A stretch of 64,000 nt of DNA, taken from Paramoeba atlantica (lineage: Eukaryota > Protista > Discosea). This document shows positions 19,701 through 28,851 of this stretch, one piece after another; within the stretch, counting starts at the first letter, position 1; each line of letters starts with the position of its first letter. The notes under the pieces were generated by a model. The model did not search any database, was not told the origin of the DNA, and saw only the letters and a program-made list of their open reading frames with translations. The translations under genes and the position numbers were made by a program. Location of the stretch: positions 62,001 through 126,000 of the forward strand of contig CDRNVI010000090.1 of the NCBI GenBank assembly GCA_977017575.1, given 5' to 3'.

Positions 19701-22081
19701 AAAAGCTCAAACGAGAAAACGCAAGCGAGGCTCAAATAATATGGGCCATGAGTTCTCATCCTAAGGAACTTATGATTTCCTACAAGGAATGGACATGTTA
19801 CGGAGCAGCGCCCTCTCCACTTCTCTTGACGCTGCTGCATCAATATATGAAAGTAGAAATTGAGCAATACAACAGCACCATTCCCGTTGGATGCGAAAAG
19901 ATTTCAAACACTGCACGAGCCTTAACAGAGTCTCGAAGTCATGACACTGTATGGGGCGAGAGGGACCCTGCCTTGATCGTAGAAGCCAATGAAAAAGAAG
20001 CACATTATGAAATTGAAGGTGATGTGGAACTGATAGCTCAGGAAGGGCTAATTCGATACAAATATGTTCAGCGGCATCTACACGAGGTCGGACGGAAAGG
20101 CATGTCGCAGCATGCCGGAGACTTAAAAACTGTGCAAGTTGACGACCCATCACTTGAAAAATGGTGCAGACAATCTTATTTGGACAATTTTAGCTGTATG
20201 CTTGCGCATTATGTGAACAGAGATATTACTAACACATTTCTAAAAGCAGTTCGAAAATCCAAGGAAGTTGCTCTACGGGACTTTCGTGCGCATAATCGTT
20301 GGATTACCAATACATCTTTACGATTACTTCTCATGGAGTGCCACATTCGAAAAGAAGATATAGAATATTTTATGGCCCAAGCACCGGATGCGGATTATAT
20401 CATTCAAGCTGCTCAGCAGGTAAAAAAGGGAAAGCACAGTTTGACACCATTTCTGTCGTGCTCTACTTCTTCACCGAATACGAAAACTTTCACGAAGTAT
20501 TATCACGTGCCTTCTCTTCTAAAATGGAAGGGAACAAGAACATCCTTTTCTGAAACTGAACAAAAGGAACATGCACTGGGAAGCTCAGATTCTGATAAAA
20601 AATCCAAAAATGCCTTCAAAGGGACATCACTTGGTTTAGCACTCTTTTCGTCTCAACCTTTAGATAACATGATCAAAATGAGAGAGGTGTTACAGAACAT
20701 GGTTACCTTTTTTGGTGACGGTTTTTCTATGGATTGGAACTACGGAGCTGTGGAGAATAAGGGAAACGCGGAACTTTTCCTTGAATTCAAGACTTTGGCG
20801 GAGAATCTTGTTTCTGGTGCTGAGAGAAAAGAAGAACAGCTTCGCGCGTTATATTCGGACTATTGCGAGGGTCGTTGGGTTCCAAGCATTACGGAGACCA
20901 TTCACATGATGTACCATTACATTAATCGGTTTGGGAAAATAATTATGTCAGAAACCTCCCCGGACCACATTTTCGTTATACATCCTGCTAAGAAGAGCAC
21001 AGTAATCGATGTTATTTTGGCGTCTTCGAAGGCACGTCCATTTCAATACGAAAACGTGCGACTTGAGCGTGACCGAACAATTGATTTCTTTGGGTCGCAG
21101 GGAATATTGGACACAAAAATGGTTCAGGAGCTAAATAATACTGTTGTGGATACACGAACTATAGAAATAGACTACGACACGTACACTGAAGCTCCCCTTC
21201 GCGGCTCACTCGGTTTTGGAGACGTTGAAGAAAAAGGCTTGAAAAAGACTACAAATACTCAAGTTGATAGGCTCTCGGATAATTTCATGACCAAAATTCG
21301 AAATCATGTCCTCGGGTCCGAGCATCACGCTCCTTTTACCTCTTACCTTGCAGACAACAGTTCCTTTCGGACGTTCATAAGAAAAGTTTTTCATAGACAT
21401 TTTCCTCTTGTTGGCCGATCATATCAACTATGGTCTAACTTTAACACCATCTATGCGACTCGTTTGTCGGAAATCAAGACACAAAATGAGCAATTTCGAC
21501 AAGTCTACGGAATATCGGACTCCTCTCGTAGAGCGTTATGGAAAGATGATTTTGCGACTTACCAAAATTATTCGGAAAAGTACTGGAGAGAGATCATTCG
21601 ATCAAGAAAACGCATGATGGCTGTAAGAAAATCTGATGGAGCCGTTGATAAACCTTACAGTGAGGCTGTCTCCGGAAGGAAAGGCTACGAATCGTCTATC
21701 TTGGGTACCTTTCCGCAGAAGTCGAACTCAGCTGAGCTTAAGCATGGAGCTACAAACTTCTCAAAAACAAAGATAGAGAATAAGCCAATATCGCAGCATG
21801 AACGAGATGTATTGCGCGAGAAGAAAGAACTACCTGCTGAAAGCATACATGTATCTACTGGGCATGAAAATAGTAGCACAACGAATGAAACAAATGTTGC
21901 GAAAGCGAATCTATTACCAGGAAAGGCTGCATTGGGAAAATCTACACATCAATTATTACCCATGAATCCCATTCAACCTCCTAGTAAAAAGCCATTTTCG
22001 TCCTTGTTTGGAAAATCCACATTAAACAGTCCATCTGGTTTGAAGTCGGACCCCTTTACAGGAGGAAGGGACAAGCGTTAG
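16724..22081 (+). CDS. Very large (1785 aa) uncharacterised protein, possibly a kinetoplastid-specific mitoribosomal protein
   Basis: 5.3-kb uninterrupted ORF with a CPRC...C motif. The size recalls trypanosome mitoribosomal mS48; that assignment is unverified recollection. Confidence 0.55.
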   Translation: MERTRKHCRLIPYEKYLQKPFLETSRPAWMSRSFPTGDRKRAINPRNRGNKAHEAVAPDQDASKNFLLREGTAHSHYNRLIGVPSSKSDWENSYRRCGFSEYNPWERENPFLYRGLLPPAAIHIADERHWACRLYPKSRSSPTVTHESSNVLEHTKYWWKKLDFLVKRHYDGVGEIKIIPNSTDPEYFTSEGLHEPGAGKKYREVRVVSQFFMEFDEAMGTKYHDTYLLNSFLKERPKSLEDIFSVFIEMEANRVHPEYCPRCSLPYATTRYCAQGVPWSPLHAFQGVWDPHKSWSKEWYDLVANRGEALFVKATEHTVFGTAQHTQRQVEALMRIYRVTHQRGRANSFLINIRASAEYASGVVKESANLMKLYNEILDETNHPILLTNMRSQGLKEGLRNPYLGIGTQLVPQSVKQLRIDLELDRFRREQREEGVVRVPPKGWNLCMKDLVEYKLSATQTSMGRRVTNWREVKRGLEKSFMHSRRLPKECYIDTHAKDSLKMLRELEYYTLLEQKLLNTNDLQIMTFEEEKIRLRLKQPFYFPDNSCYRWYEIDDGEITEMKKNLLTNFTLPLSHGSKLQVQVRTWDNPNKIGFQSRLVDVTPETCQTFGYQYGAQFEVLESCSFATCAGVDADSFQLLAVTDEGDVVEMGRTCTEVEDYVKRNQWKALNEENTIEIIEKEKNSIDEFFCVLVGIRRGSFWVQTFPECGVAIRLDVQNLSDVKCIGKDQVREPYSWKIPFRNDEFRRKLKQAIEAPWNEQPVAPLIPDRMTPKRMIFGYTQHIANDDFVTSEYTQRLQSKQFHTKPNQFQVLPESYEAAPALSGKTGSIYTHGLPTVDRKELTHGWNKVNMISDEEVAEVEQAIRDISGTRPGNYYKKFSELEKFKLNENWWNVRPYWTYHNLMERSKHVSERCLLQPHKLPFEGKIPLLGSVGGIGDRFQYVMNQVSKGFGIGPTGHSPDAWAAPKDTLGFETERSERLNSSSALLRLFREKLKRENASEAQIIWAMSSHPKELMISYKEWTCYGAAPSPLLLTLLHQYMKVEIEQYNSTIPVGCEKISNTARALTESRSHDTVWGERDPALIVEANEKEAHYEIEGDVELIAQEGLIRYKYVQRHLHEVGRKGMSQHAGDLKTVQVDDPSLEKWCRQSYLDNFSCMLAHYVNRDITNTFLKAVRKSKEVALRDFRAHNRWITNTSLRLLLMECHIRKEDIEYFMAQAPDADYIIQAAQQVKKGKHSLTPFLSCSTSSPNTKTFTKYYHVPSLLKWKGTRTSFSETEQKEHALGSSDSDKKSKNAFKGTSLGLALFSSQPLDNMIKMREVLQNMVTFFGDGFSMDWNYGAVENKGNAELFLEFKTLAENLVSGAERKEEQLRALYSDYCEGRWVPSITETIHMMYHYINRFGKIIMSETSPDHIFVIHPAKKSTVIDVILASSKARPFQYENVRLERDRTIDFFGSQGILDTKMVQELNNTVVDTRTIEIDYDTYTEAPLRGSLGFGDVEEKGLKKTTNTQVDRLSDNFMTKIRNHVLGSEHHAPFTSYLADNSSFRTFIRKVFHRHFPLVGRSYQLWSNFNTIYATRLSEIKTQNEQFRQVYGISDSSRRALWKDDFATYQNYSEKYWREIIRSRKRMMAVRKSDGAVDKPYSEAVSGRKGYESSILGTFPQKSNSAELKHGATNFSKTKIENKPISQHERDVLREKKELPAESIHVSTGHENSSTTNETNVAKANLLPGKAALGKSTHQLLPMNPIQPPSKKPFSSLFGKSTLNSPSGLKSDPFTGGRDKR

Positions 22082-22282
22082 TTGACTATTGAAGCATGAA
22101 TACTGCGTACAATAACATCGGTTTCAAATTTTATTTGGAGGTTACAGATTTTTAAAATGATAAAATTTCCATATTGAGTTGTTCTATGTACTCGGTATTA
22201 TTTTGAGCAATACATGAACTGAGAGTGTCACAGCCAACGGGCTACATTTTAATTTCTATTATCTTAAATTTCTTATACAACG

Positions 22283-23365
22283 ATGGATTTAAAATACGAT
22301 CTTGGAACCTGGTTCTTCTGCGACAGTATTCCTTGGAAAAATAATGCTAATCACTCAAGTCCCCGCGAAGCCTGCAAATTTCTTGGGAAAGAAAGTACCA
22401 TAACACGCGTTCACTCACAATATGGGTATATTTCGAGGATAAGCACAAGATCACTAGCGTTGCACTCAGCCGAATTACCCAAATTGCTGCTCCTTGACTC
22501 AGCGTATCTTTCCCAGTTCATTGACAGTTCCATGAAGTTTCTTGATATCCTACGCCAACACTACGCTTTAGGATTCGTCGGACATATAGAGCAGACAGTA
22601 CGAGTACGATATTCTTTTGCTGTCGTTGTTCCTACCATAGTTAGCATCGCTGAAAAACGAAAAAATTCCGAGTTCACGACTCCAATGACTGCGAACCTTT
22701 CCCATCTTTTTAAGGATGTTTGGGAACAAGAATCCCACTTCGGAAGGTGGGAATCGGGTAACACTCTTCTTATATCGAATATTGACGCTGCACTTCTTTC
22801 TTCCTCTTCGGATTCAGAAAATGAGGACACGGCTCCCTTACTGGAGGAATTCGCGGAGAATGTGTTGTCGGTTCCACGAATACCGACTTCTTGCGAAAAG
22901 AATCTTCTTCCATTCTTATTGAGAATCTCAAAAGCGCAGGATCTTCGACCTCACTGTCTCCAGTGGAATAAATGTGTTCTAAAGGAACACAATTATCAAT
23001 CGATGCAGGCCAAAGAGATCGATGGGGCAGAATTATCAAGCAGTACATCCGAGGGCTCCTCCGAAGATGCACTTTCAGGTTCTTACGCGCTTGGAACTTG
23101 GGACCAATTTGGCGCGAACGAGAAGCTGGTACAAGGCCCCAGCACGTATAGCGAGGAACTTTACACTACACCATTACCCAAAGATTTCACAGAGGAGCAA
23201 AACAAGAGGACAAATGAAATTTTATTGGAAATGCAAGAAAATTCCTTTTCGAAGCCCGCTTCGCATGAAATAGAAAATGTGAATAATCAGTGGATAAGTG
23301 AAGAAGATCTATTTTCTCGAGTAATTCCTCCGACTGACCCGCCGAGAATGTCGCAAGACATATGA
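22283..23365 (+). CDS. Ataxin-2/Pbp1-like protein (LsmAD domain)
   Basis: WDQFGANEKLVQGPSTYSEELYTTPL matches the LsmAD consensus WDQFxxNExxFGVxSTYDExLYTTxL. Confidence 0.75.
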   Translation: MDLKYDLGTWFFCDSIPWKNNANHSSPREACKFLGKESTITRVHSQYGYISRISTRSLALHSAELPKLLLLDSAYLSQFIDSSMKFLDILRQHYALGFVGHIEQTVRVRYSFAVVVPTIVSIAEKRKNSEFTTPMTANLSHLFKDVWEQESHFGRWESGNTLLISNIDAALLSSSSDSENEDTAPLLEEFAENVLSVPRIPTSCEKNLLPFLLRISKAQDLRPHCLQWNKCVLKEHNYQSMQAKEIDGAELSSSTSEGSSEDALSGSYALGTWDQFGANEKLVQGPSTYSEELYTTPLPKDFTEEQNKRTNEILLEMQENSFSKPASHEIENVNNQWISEEDLFSRVIPPTDPPRMSQDI

Positions 23366-23616
23366 GGAAAATTCGCTGACATTCTCTTGATATGAAGTAT
23401 ATTTATTATGATGTTACATAAGATGAAGATAGATTTTTTTCAAGGTCCTGGAAAATATTTATAATAAGAAAAAGCTTGCTTATGTTTGTCGCTTACATTG
23501 TTTAATAATTTTCTACATGAGTTGTAGCCCACAACTTGTAGGACGCATCTTGTCCACAGTGTAGTTGTGAAGCATTCTAGTCTATAGTTTCTCACCTTTT
23601 TGAAATATGGGGGTTG

Positions 23617-24534
23617 ATGTTAGAATATTTTTTAAAACGGCTACAGTCTGTATGGAATAAACACTCTAACATTAACTATGCACGACAAAAGCTTGGTGAT
23701 ATGTTGCTTGAACCAGAGCGTTGGATACGTGTGAAGGTGAGGTCGGAGGTATCTGAAATTCCCTGTGGAGCTCTAAGGTATGCATTGGACGAACTCATAC
23801 CATCTGTGGCTGTTCATGGCGCTCCTGCAGTTCAAAACAACGATGATCGCGTGTTCGAATTTATGCAAATTAAGCGCTTGCACAAAAGTTGGAACGGAAA
23901 AGGCTACGTTTCGTTGCGTTCCGTATTAGGTTACACTTGCTGTATGTCATATGAATATATTGAAAGATCCATCTTGTCGCGGTACCCTGTGTTGTTAATG
24001 TTGGACTTGAATGGTGTCTTGGTTAGAAAAACACGAAAAGGAAATTGTGTGCCCCTTCTTGGAGCGGAATCCGCCATTCGTACTCTTTTGGATTACTTTG
24101 TGGTGGCGATTTGGACAAGTTCGCTAAAAAAAACTGCGGAGAAATGCTTGAATTCTTTACTAGACAGCAAAAGCAGAACGAAAATTATTGCTGTCCTTTC
24201 ACGCGAACATTGCACTCCCGATACATCACCTGAAAAGCCTTATGGAACCGTGAAGGACCTTCGAAAGATTTGGCTTGGAGATGTTTGTCTTCTTGGTAGG
24301 TGGTACGCGCATAATACAGTACTTGTGGACGATACTCCTGAAAAGGGGAAATTTCATCCAGAAAATGTTCTTAGCTTTACCAACTGCCATCAAGAAGATT
24401 CTGGGCCACCTCTGCGTTTGTGCAACTTTTGGGAACCCCTTTGTGAGTTTCTTATTAAAGTGCTACGCGGCGCTCAAGACGTTCGCCGCGCCATTCCACA
24501 ATGGAATGATGCAAAGTACCGAACGATGCCATGA
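23617..24534 (+). CDS. NIF/FCP1-like HAD-superfamily protein (DLNG subtype)
   Basis: LMLDLNGVLV, VAIWTSS, LSREHC, VKDLRKIW and NTVLVDDTPEK motifs. Confidence 0.85.
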   Translation: MLEYFLKRLQSVWNKHSNINYARQKLGDMLLEPERWIRVKVRSEVSEIPCGALRYALDELIPSVAVHGAPAVQNNDDRVFEFMQIKRLHKSWNGKGYVSLRSVLGYTCCMSYEYIERSILSRYPVLLMLDLNGVLVRKTRKGNCVPLLGAESAIRTLLDYFVVAIWTSSLKKTAEKCLNSLLDSKSRTKIIAVLSREHCTPDTSPEKPYGTVKDLRKIWLGDVCLLGRWYAHNTVLVDDTPEKGKFHPENVLSFTNCHQEDSGPPLRLCNFWEPLCEFLIKVLRGAQDVRRAIPQWNDAKYRTMP

Positions 24535-24589
24535 CTTCAGTCCAGAAAAGAGGATGAAGAATAAAGTAAGGGCTATTCTCACTCTTTAG

Positions 24590-24963
24590 GGTATCAGTAG
24601 TTTTGACCCTTTACATTGAGCCGAAGGCCCATGACAGTTAGCACTTTGACTAAATGGTTGGTTGCATGTTGGAGCCCTCTCGGAGTGATTGTGACAATCG
24701 TGAGGTCGTCGACGAATGCTTTGACGAAAGACTGCATTTCGATTCAGACTACTCCGTAGTTGGGTGGACATGTTCGCAAGATGTCATACTCGATGCACTT
24801 TGGTCACAACTTGTGAGGCAAGTCCATTGGAGCACTTGAGTTATACCGACGCTCCAGTATGCAATGCTCTGATATAATTGCTGATCGGGGGGGGGGGTCG
24901 CCCCCCCCCAAAACAAGAGAAGTCGTTATGTGGGAGAAAACCGAAGGCGTTTTCTAAATCGAA
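24590..24963 (-). pseudogene. Decayed non-LTR retrotransposon reverse transcriptase (RT domains 3-6), absent from the ORF track
   Basis: Manual minus-strand translation gives FDLENAFGFLPH (24963-24928) ... YIRALHTGAS in one frame, then GITQ[G]APM (24847-), AFVDDLTIV (AFVDD at 24719-24705) and GLRLNVK..SKLL, with stops, frameshifts and an internal deletion. Confidence 0.75.
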
Positions 24964-25339
24964 TTATGTAAGGCGATATTGTCTCTGGTGCTGTTTCTGG
25001 TGTACATTTCACTTGCCAGCAAAACACACCTAAGGTTAAGTAGTAAGTTAGGCTAACATACTCAATAAATATACTACTGGAAATACATGTATCACGAAAA
25101 GTGACCCCCCACTTTGTTGCACTTTGCAGATCTCATCAAGAGAATTTTGTGCGCGCAGGACGGGCTAAAACAAAGAACAATGAGCTTGTTTAGATTACAA
25201 TTACTGCGGCCCCCCACTTATTTGTAGTAGTAGTAGTAGTAGTAGTAACTTTGAATTGCTTAATTTAGAGGTAATTAAATGCAGTAGTACGTATTGCCCA
25301 GTAACATTGAATGCGTGCCCTGTTTATTCTTGTTTTTTC

Positions 25340-26950
25340 TCAGAAATCAGGAGGAACCCATTGCTTGCTAAGATTCCAACGAAATAGAACATCCTTGTCT
25401 GATACCTTAAACAAAACAATCATTACGTCCGGCACGCTCAGTGTAAACGTATAGGGAAGGCGCGATATTGCAATGTTGGTACCATTGCTGTAGCCGAGTT
25501 TTTCGAAGCATGAGACTATGTTAAATTCATTCAAAGTTTTTTCATGCGCCTTTCCCAACCATCGTACCATGAGTTCAGCAGCACTTTTGGACTTTATCTT
25601 CCGGACGCCAGTCAAAACCCAAGGCTGGTAATGTTGAATTGTGTAATTATGCAGAAACTTCGCTGCGTAGTCCGTATCAATCGCTTGTACAAATTGAGTC
25701 ATGCCACTTGGAATGATAGCCAGTTTCGAAAATTCTGAAAATCAACGCTTCACAGGAGAAGTGGTATGCCCAGTGGCACCATCCATGATAGTCAAGCATA
25801 CTTCGGTTCCACTAAGCAAAGGAGTTACTTGACCACGAATAAAAGGAATTATGCTACCCACCATCATTGAACTTGTGATAACACCGGATGAACTTTCTTC
25901 AATTAGCCAACCAAAAGGGTTAGAAAGAACCCACGACTTTTTACATTTGCGCCTTAGCAGTACCGCGCAACGCAATTTGAATGGAGAGAAACCACATTCT
26001 CTTTTTATTATGCCAATTATTGCAGGAATAATTAGAAGGAATAAGAGCAGCATCGGCGATCCCAATTGGGGTCCTCTCAAATAACATTTCTTGATCCGCG
26101 ATCGCTTAAAGTGGACCGAGAATTCATACTTCCACTTAGGGAAAAAGGAATTTCATCCAGGTTGATTATTATACTAACAATGCTTGCTAAAAGAATATTG
26201 TAAAGGAATTGATGAAAAGAGTTGAGCAATGCGGTAATTTCTTGTATGGTGCGAGTAGTAGTGCGCTGAACAGACCTTAGCACAATATCATGCTGTCGTT
26301 TCCAACGGTAAAACCACTTATTCGAAACTGGAGTTCCGTTTATAACACGAGCTCTCGCCTTTGCTGCCGCCACCGATACTCTCATATTTTGCGAGCGTAA
26401 GTTCGTGTACCATTCAAGCAATTCAGTTCCAACAGGATCAGTTGAACGAGGACGAGTGCGCAACCTTTTTTCTGTTTCCCATTCCGCGTGCGGCATCGAC
26501 TACAAGCTTCCTCCATTTTTGTAGCTGATCACGTGATCTCAGAAAAACCCTTCCTTTGGTAGCCATGAAAAGTTTTTTTTGTAGCTTTGAGAACCACTCT
26601 GCTTGTCCTTCATAGTGTCGGAAAAGTCGGACAGCTAAACGCTTGTCCTTGATAGATATAGAGGCATAAATTTTCTTCCCAGAAACAGGGATTCCAGCTG
26701 TGCGGTCGCCTCTATTTAAAAGACGTTTACGTACGTTGTGTTGCTCGAGAAGATTAGATTGCGCAAGCTCACTGTTTTCGTCTTCTTCGGATGAAGTATG
26801 GCCGTCTTCTCTTTTTTCATCGAAAAGAGTCGAAAAATCAACTACCTCCAGTTCTTGATCCGAAATTTCGCGCTCATCGTCAGTATCGTGTTCTTCTGTG
26901 CTATCGGTGGAGTAGCTATCAGACTCGCTTTTAAAAATTCCGTGAAAAAT
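25340..26950 (-). pseudogene. pogo/Tigger-like transposase relic (acidic N-terminus, HTH, Tc5/CENP-B HTH, DDE_1)
   Basis: Unlisted open frame 26950-26438 (KIYASISIKDKRLAVR...RDQLQKWRK), then ELLEWYTNLR...SNKWFYRWKRQH, INLDEIP, TIMDGATGH, IIPSGMTQFVQAID. At least two frameshifts and two in-frame TGA codons. Candidate terminus TA|CTGCGGCCCCCCCACTTA at 25202. Confidence 0.85.
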
Positions 26951-27204
26951 TTATAAAAGGTGTTGAAAAGCTCAAAGAACAAATATCTAAAATCTAAAAA
27001 TGATCTCCTCCTGAGGGGGGGACACACGAAATACCCCCAGGACAACTTACTGTGCCCCCCCCGACACAGTAACTGGTCATAGGCAATGGTCATAAACTGG
27101 ACAGTGGTTTATATATTCTATCCTAGCTTAATAGCCACCCACGCTTAAAACATGTATGCACTCTAAACAGTCATCAAAACCTCGAGGAAATATCTCTTTT
27201 TGTT

Positions 27205-27530
27205 TTAAAAGGAATTTCTCCACCCATCGGATCGTAAATCTCTAGTTTCAGCCCTCTTAATTCTCCTGCAAGGGAATGAGGTTAACGTCCGACCTTCCAT
27301 TGTACAGGAAGTGTGCGTGACTGACACCCGAGCCGGGCCAGTCAAGCTATACTTTATACTTTCAAATTTATCAGAAATCCACCGGGTAGAACCAAGTTTG
27401 GGGCATGTCACAGCTCGAACATTACGAGCATGTGTGATTGATCTTATGACGCTAGGCCCTTTAGTGCGAAGTAATTCACACTGTGCTTCCTACGTGGGAT
27501 TTCGGCTCATTTCGTTCAATAATTCTTCCG
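27205..27530 (-). pseudogene. Possible hAT-like transposase fragment
   Basis: About 105-codon frame with one stop, containing TCPKLGSTRWIS, which resembles the hAT TRWxS motif. Single motif only. Confidence 0.3.
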
Positions 27531-27998
27531 CCTTTTGATGCCTTACCAGTAGGGACAGGAGGCTAATCTGCCGAAAAAAACGTCGTAGAATTCTAGCTGA
27601 GGTCCAAAACTCTTAAACTTTCATTTTTTTTTGTTGATTTTTTGTGGTCATATTCATACCAAAATGTGAAATTATTATCTTCGAAATTATTCCATTTTGA
27701 GTCTCTTAAAATACGTGTTAGGAGTCGATTTTGGAAAAATAATATTTTTACTTCTTAGTACTTCTTTTTTGGTCAATATTTATTTTTTGGGTCACCCCAA
27801 AAATTTCGGATTTTTCAAACTTGTCGGACCCCTCCTACGCATAACAGGGGGGGGTCACCCCCAGGTGGGGGGTGGAAAATTATTGCCGCGGCATACTCTA
27901 CCACTTCACTGCGCTCGATGTTGAAAGGCAAAAAATTCGAAAAAAATTGCGACGTACGCCCCCTGGACCCCCCCTGCGCCCCCCCTCTGGACCCCCAT
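27530..27998. repeat. Dispersed ~400-bp repeat, copy 1 (85 bp longer than copy 2)
   Basis: Colinear similarity to 56583-56951, e.g. AGCTGAGGTCCAAAACTCTTAAA, AGGAGTCGATTTTGGAAAAATAATATTTTTACTT, GGGGGGTCACCCC, GCCGCGGCATACTCTAC and TGGACCCCC. Confidence 0.9.
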
Positions 27999-28144
27999 AG
28001 ACCAAGCGCAGATGCATAATGCACTTTCTCCGACTCAGAAGGCGACGGACAACCTGAGGAAATCAAGGCGAAGGGCGCATCCGATGTCCGATAGTTCTTT
28101 CAGTGATTGATGTGAAACATCAAGGTCTTGGATAAAGATGCATA

Positions 28145-28438
28145 CCGTATACCCCCCCCCAAAAGAGGGATTTGGCTCTTTTGGGGCTGACCCCCAGTAA
28201 GAGAGATTTGGCTCGGGCGCCCCACAGGGGGCGTATAGGGGGTGGGTGCCTGCATGTTGGGGGCCTCGGGGGTAACCCAAATAAGCGTTTTAACACGTTT
28301 TCAGAAGAAAAAATAGAAAAAAATAGTCAAAAAAGTTGGGAGAAAAGAGGAAACTGGTCAAAAAAGCATACCCCCCCCAGTAAGGGAGATTTAGCCATTT
28401 CGACCCAAAACCCATTCTCTTACTGGTGGGGTATACGG
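28145..28438. mobile_element. 294-bp MITE with TA target duplication (Tc1/mariner/pogo-type)
   Basis: TA|CCGTATACCCC ... GGGGTATACGG|TA; internal repeats CCCCCAGTAAG(A/G)GAGATTT at about 28191 and 28376. Confidence 0.8.
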
Positions 28439-28851
28439 TAATGTATCCTGGCGAAGAAACAGTACAGTTGTGGAATGATTGCCTGCCTAATGAGAACCAG
28501 TCAAAGAAGCAGATGAGTTTCTCATCTACTAAAATTCACTAAAGAGCAAAAAGTGCGTCATTCTCGCCAGGAAGACGCACCACATGATTTATGCAAGGAC
28601 AGGTTTGCTTTGTCAGAAAGGAGTTAAAAATGAGCGCAACCATTGAAAAATAATGACAAGTGTTTAATCACAAGTGTGTTTTAATCACAAGTGTTTTGCC
28701 GAAAATAGGTTAGCATTGTTTTTTGTTTTGTACATTATTTCTTTCAGCCGAACAAAAATAGGTACGTAGCTAAAAAGAGAATAATCATAGAAGAATCAAT
28801 GCCTTGTGATTTAAATGTAGAGGAAATCTTGACTTTCAGTACGAATTATAC

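Noticed and set aside
25742-25744. In-frame TGA codons in TE relics as evidence of stop-codon reassignment
   Set aside because: All long host genes are open under the standard code and end in TAA, TAG or TGA; the TE stops co-occur with frameshifts, indicating decay.
27815-28066. Similar minus-strand peptides (IERxEVVEYAAAI) in both repeat copies, suggesting a coding gene
   Set aside because: Differences between the copies are mostly non-synonymous in the aligned core and the frames diverge at both ends; the similarity reflects DNA identity only.
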